Shown here: piece by piece, positions 59,073 through 64,000 of the stretch | Layout: the number at the start of each line of letters is the position of its first letter | How positions within the stretch are numbered: the first letter of the stretch is position 1 | NCBI GenBank assembly: GCA_951406725.2 | Contig: OX597838.1 | Coordinates: 43,834,001 to 43,898,000, forward strand | Reading direction: 5' to 3' | Source of the DNA: Octopus vulgaris | Taxonomy: Eukaryota | Length of the DNA stretch: 64,000 nt | The notes under the pieces: generated by a model | Database searches by the model: none | What the model saw: the letters and a program-made list of their open reading frames with translations, nothing else | What the model was told of the DNA's origin: nothing | Program-made: the position numbers and the translations under genes

Positions 59073-62000
59073 AATATTCGTGTCTTACGTATTAAACGAA
59101 CAAATTATTTGAAACAGAAGATTTCAACCTATATAATTTAGGACTGGTTAAAAATTCAAACACTGCCGGTTCATAACATACTTTAACGACACTTAGAAGA
59201 TTCCATAACACAAGCATAAATATAAACCAACATAAAACCGTTTAAAGGTCTCAAGATAAAATCATGTGATTTCGAATTAAGTGACATAGCACTCCTCCCA
59301 GACTAACTAAATAATTTTTAAAATGCAACAGTAAAATAAACAGTAGTTCCTTGTATAATATAACACTTACTCGCATATTTGTCTCAGTCTGATGGATAAC
59401 ACGCAGGGAGTAAATAATATCTACTGATTTTTGATAAAGAAACGAAAGATTTTCCAATTATCCCAGAGTTATCATTCTTAGGATCAGGTACTGAGGAGGG
59501 TTAAAGGGTAAAGATGTTGAAATGTATCTACCTGTTCATAGAGAACGTTTTTTTTTGTTCATAGCTAGGATTTTTCTCCACAACAAACAGGCCTGAAAAA
59601 CATTTACAATAAGTCCCAAATATATTTGAAATGAGATTAAGTTTCATTTTCTGTCATTGCTTCGTGCACACGACGCACGCACACACATGCACAAAGCACG
59701 CATGCACATACTCACACAAACATGCACGCACGCACTTGCATACCCACATACAGAATACGTACATACATGCATGAATATACACACACAAACACTCACACAT
59801 GAGCTGGCTTCAACAGTTTCTCTGTTTAACAAATTTCGCTAATAAAGTTATAAGTGAATCCTAGCGTTAAAGACTCTTATTAGATATGCTGCGCTGTGGG
59901 ATCGAACCCGAAAGCAGACAGTTGCGAAGTGAAGCTCTCAACTTCACAACCATTTCAGTCGGTAGCTTCGATAACGAGAAGAGGATATTACGACTTTTAG
60001 AGGGAACCACCATTATCACTTGTGTTGTAGAAGCAGCAGCAGCAGTAGTAGTAGTAGTAGTAGTAGTAGCAGCAGCAGCAGCAACAGCAGCGTTTTAATT
60101 TTCAGAGTAACAAAAATATTTAATGGTATATTAATGCTAAAAGCTAATTAGTATGTGTAATAAATGATTAATGCATCGTTATTCATATCTAAGTCTTTAC
60201 AAACTAATTTAGCCATTTTGTTAATGTTCTTTGCATTAAATGCGTTCACAGCAAATTACTTCAAAACATTATTGTTATTACAAAATTCACAATACAGAGA
60301 TATTTATTTTATCGACCCAAAAGGAAGGAAGGAGGAAATGTAATATATCCGGTTCACTCGTGATATGTTATGTCATCCGATCCCCACCGACTGTATACAA
60401 CTGTGACAATGGGGTTAATAATTTCGATTCACTGTCATATGGTTCCAAGATCGGTTCGATGCTCGAGCTCTCGTTTCGAAAACTTTGGGTAAATGTCCGA
60501 AGCCCGAAGCCGTGTCGGTGAAACGGGTAGACCTAAATTGTGCAGTAGCCTGTTTTCGGGTAGATTTAACCCGTCATCTCTTTTAACACCCCCACATGTC
60601 TGTCTGCCTTTCTCTTGGGTGTTCTTAATGAAGTGACTCGCAAACTATATGACTTCAAATGGGGGTCGAATTGGATAAATCTTTGTGTCATTTGTCAAAC
60701 TGAAGTAAGTACTGTCCCGAATCCTAGGAATTAGTAAGGTCGGTTCCTCCGTTTCTATGGAGTATAAATGATAAAGCTCATGACATTCCGGTCCTTTACG
60801 GTTATTAATTTTTACCGACTGAGTGGACTTGAGCAAATGGGAAATGAAGCGTTTTGCTCAAGAACACAATGCACAGCCCGGTCCAGGTTTAAATAATACA
60901 ATCAATGTTAGAGATAATCATTTTTAATCATTATTCTTTTATTCTTACACCTTATAGTATAAGTGGCTCGCAAGCAATTAAAAGCCAAAAACGAATTGAT
61001 AAACAAAGGGTGAAAAATAGCACCAGCGATTGCTACAAATGAGAATCAAAATTCACTTTAAAAGCCACAAAAAACACTAATCCCGTTACATTTACGGGAA
61101 GCGGACACAGCAAACTAAATGACCTTCCCCTTGTGAGATGAAATCACAAAAAGAAATAGTAGGACAAAGCTATATCACGTGATTTCGAAATTTAACCAGT
61201 AAGGTCTTGTTTCTCTTCAGAAGCATCTACCCAGGGTTATAGAGATAGCTTGCCTTGTTCATGAGAACAGAAATCCGTTGATAAGCAACGTATTTAATAT
61301 ATCTTAACATATTAATATATCATTATAGTATCTTTTTGTATTGATAATATACACTTTAATCGTTTAAATTTTGGCGCTTGCTTATCAACGGTTTTCTATT
61401 CTCATGAACTATTACGAGGCAATATTTATATGTGTGTGTACGACGGGCTTCTTTCAGTTTCCCTCAACCAAATCCACAAATCCGGCTTACGTCGGTCCGA
61501 GGCTATAGTAGAAGACACTGGTTCAATGAATGAGGATTGAACTCGGAACCATGAAGCAGGAAAGCAAGATTCTTACCACACAGCCACGCTGCAGCATTAT
61601 CTTCAATTAGTTTTTTTTTATATAATGTTCGGATACTGCCAGGAAAGATAAATGAAGTTGACTTTCGAACGCACGAAATTTTCCCTCGTATATTTGCTAA
61701 TATATTTGCCATTATATCGGTTTTATGCCACGTTATTATTGTATTTGAATTTCATTTGCTCTTTTAAAACAAATTAAAACGGGAAGGAAAATAAAACGAG
61801 ATTACTTATTGTATTATTCTGTCGTAAACTAAATTGAAATGAAATAGCTGCCGGAGTGGCTTAATTGATTAATATATGTAAACATTAGCTTCCGGTTTCA
61901 TTAGGAAATATAATTGATTGTGATCTGTGGAAAGATTTTGTTATTGTTTCTAGCAGCCCACTCTTTCTGGGCGATCATGTTGAGATAGGTTTACTGGTTG

Positions 62001-62562
62001 CTGCTGTGGTTGTTTTGGCTCCGAGTTATTATTGTTTGAGCAGATAGAGCCATGACCAAAGGTGCTTACGTCACGACCCTGTTCTCTTTGGACGGTGATT
62101 CTGGAATGAACTGAACGAACGAGTCATTCATTTTGTTTTTGTTTATTTGAAGATGTAGAGAGAAGAGGGAAGAGAAGAGAGAGGGAGAATAAATATATAT
62201 ACAGGTAGAGATAAAAAGAGTGAGAGAGAGAAAAAGAGAAAGTAAGAGAAAGAGTTACACAATTAGATGCAGAGGGAGAGAGAATTAGAAAGAGAGAATG
62301 GGAGAGATGGGTAAAAAAAGAGGAAATCAGAGCCAGTGTGCCAATGTGTAGAATGTGTGTGTGTGTGTAAGTGTGCGTATGTGTCTTTGTAAATGTTCTT
62401 AACTGTAAATCACGAAGAGGATTTATTGGATTGTAGAGAGGCTGGTTAATGTGTAGCGCTAAGGAATCTCTGACAGAGCAGACCATGGTCCAAAAGACAT
62501 TCCGGTCATGACAACCCTGTCTTCTGAGTGGATTTGGTAGACGGAAACTGAAAGAGGTCCGT

Positions 62563-62597
<35 letters not shown>

Positions 62598-62602
<5 letters not shown>

Positions 62603-63015
62603 TAGTTATCGCCATACTAATATGGCATTCTTAAAAATAAGAATAAAGCTGTCGCTGATTAGCTCCATGAAGCCATCGCCTCAAGCTAGCTACTTGACAC
62701 ACAAACTGCGTCCGTTATTAAACCTTCGAACAGGTCTGTCTACGCTGCATTGAGAAGGGGCAACAACCCTGAAACATGTCTGTAGCTGTCGGACTAGCAG
62801 GTTGAAGCGGCTGACCTCCCCTGTTCGAAGGTTTAATAACGGACGCAGTTTGTGTGTCAAGTAGCTAGCTTGAGGCGATGGCTTCATGGAGCTAATCAGC
62901 GACAGCTTTATTCTTATTTTTAAGAATGCCATATTAGTGTGGCGATAACTATTAATTTCCAGAAAGGCTGTTGTAATCTCTTTTAAAGAGACTTAGTAAT
63001 TTTAATATTTCTATT
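62598..63015. mobile_element. Family H1 copy with inverted head and U3-A8 HHR
   Basis: 62598-62733 is inverted relative to ~62820-62957. HHR gctgca-TTGAGAA-gggg..ccct-GAAA-catg-TC-tgtagc at 62744-62786. Confidence 0.8.
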
Positions 63016-63042
63016 ATATATATATACATATATATATATATA

Positions 63043-63270
63043 CTTTATTAAAAGCAGCAGAAAATTCAACAAAACCTGTTACTCTGAGTTTCACGTTCCC
63101 GTTCGGCGGACAGTTTTTTCGAGCAAAAACTGTCCGACGAACGGGAACGTGAAACTCAGAGTAACAGATTTTGTTGAATTTTCTGCTGCTTTTAAATAAA
63201 GCATATTACTCTACGACTGGTATTTGAGTACTCTTTTTTCCACCTTGTTTCACATTTATGTGTTTACTCC

Positions 63271-63273
<3 letters not shown>
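63043..63273 (+). mobile_element. Short fold-back element with HHR (CCGACGA core)
   Basis: Arms 63043-63118 and 63124-63201. ctgt-CCGACGA-acg ggaa cgt-GAAA-ctcagag-TA-acag at 63130-63167. A related fragment lies at 47225-47350. Confidence 0.75.
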
Positions 63274-63311
<38 letters not shown>

Positions 63312-63314
<3 letters not shown>

Positions 63315-63475
63315 GTAGGAGTGGCTGTTTGGTAAGTAGCTTGCTTGAACCACATGGTTCCAGATTCACTCCTACTGCATGGCACCTTGGGCAAGTGTCT
63401 TCTACTATAGCCTCGGGCCGACCAAAGCCTTGTTAGTGGATTTGGTAGACGGAAACTGAAAGAAGCCCGTCGTAT
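63312..63475 (+). mobile_element. SINE A, 5' half (uninterrupted target site)
   Basis: ggcgtaggagtggctgtttggtaagtagcttgcttgaaccacatgg... Confidence 0.85.
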
Positions 63476-64000
63476 ATATGTATATGTATATATATGTATG
63501 TATGTATATATATAGTCAGAAAATACAGTGTACATTTAAACAGACGAGGAATCCACTCATGGGATTCAACACGCTAGAAAGAACAGCTAGGTTCTATAAC
63601 CACAAAATTAGGGATACAATTCGACAGGAACGAAATGAAAAAATAAAAACATTTTACCATACGACAGAGTAAACAACTAAAAGAGTAAAAGAGTTTTTGT
63701 GTGTGTGTAATAATGAAGTCCAAGTAAATAATATTTGGTTTGACTTCATTATTTTGAGGCCTGAGCAACGATGCATTTGGTTTCGCTCTCTCTCTCTCTC
63801 TCTCTCTCTCTCCTCCTTTCTCAGAACAAGGACATTTCTCCAAATATCCAAAGAATTATAATTCCATTCATCTTGCTGAACCGTATTTTATTTCCGTGCT
63901 CATCAGCGATATCTTACCGATTAGCTTTAACCGACACAAACCACAAGTCTTGTCTTCCATATCACCAGTATTCTTGTCTTCCATATCTTTCAACCTTTAG

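Overview
This is AT-rich, microsatellite-dense eukaryotic DNA made almost entirely of nested repeats. The SINE families and the (TA)n/(CA)n/(TATC)n load suggest an octopus-type cephalopod genome, which is an inference. Most entries in the ORF track are microsatellite read-throughs. Supported contents: (1) two 5'-truncated L1/Tx1-clade LINE ORF2 copies ending in (TATC)n; (2) three copies of a ~2.2-2.3 kb ORF1-only (gag-like, CCHC knuckle) element, all inserted at the same position and orientation in the tRNA-like head of SINE family 'A', with 15-16 bp TSDs where both ends survive; (3) a SINE 'B' copy carrying a Tx1-like 3' tail at that same site; (4) about two dozen type I hammerhead-ribozyme (HHR) motifs, intact or degenerate, in Penelope-like/retrozyme-type tandem and inverted repeats, plus two Penelope GIY-YIG C-terminal remnants; (5) R4/Dong-clade RLE LINE fragments tied to (TAA)n; (6) mariner, DD37D and Tigger-type DNA transposon relics; (7) two possible small host exons near 58-59 kb. 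The best candidate for a new system is the Tx1 LINE, ORF1-only element and Tx1-tailed SINE set, which shares 3' ends and, for the two non-autonomous types, a SINE-head target site. SINE labels A-D and HHR family labels H1-H3 are my own. All alignments and RNA folds were done by eye.
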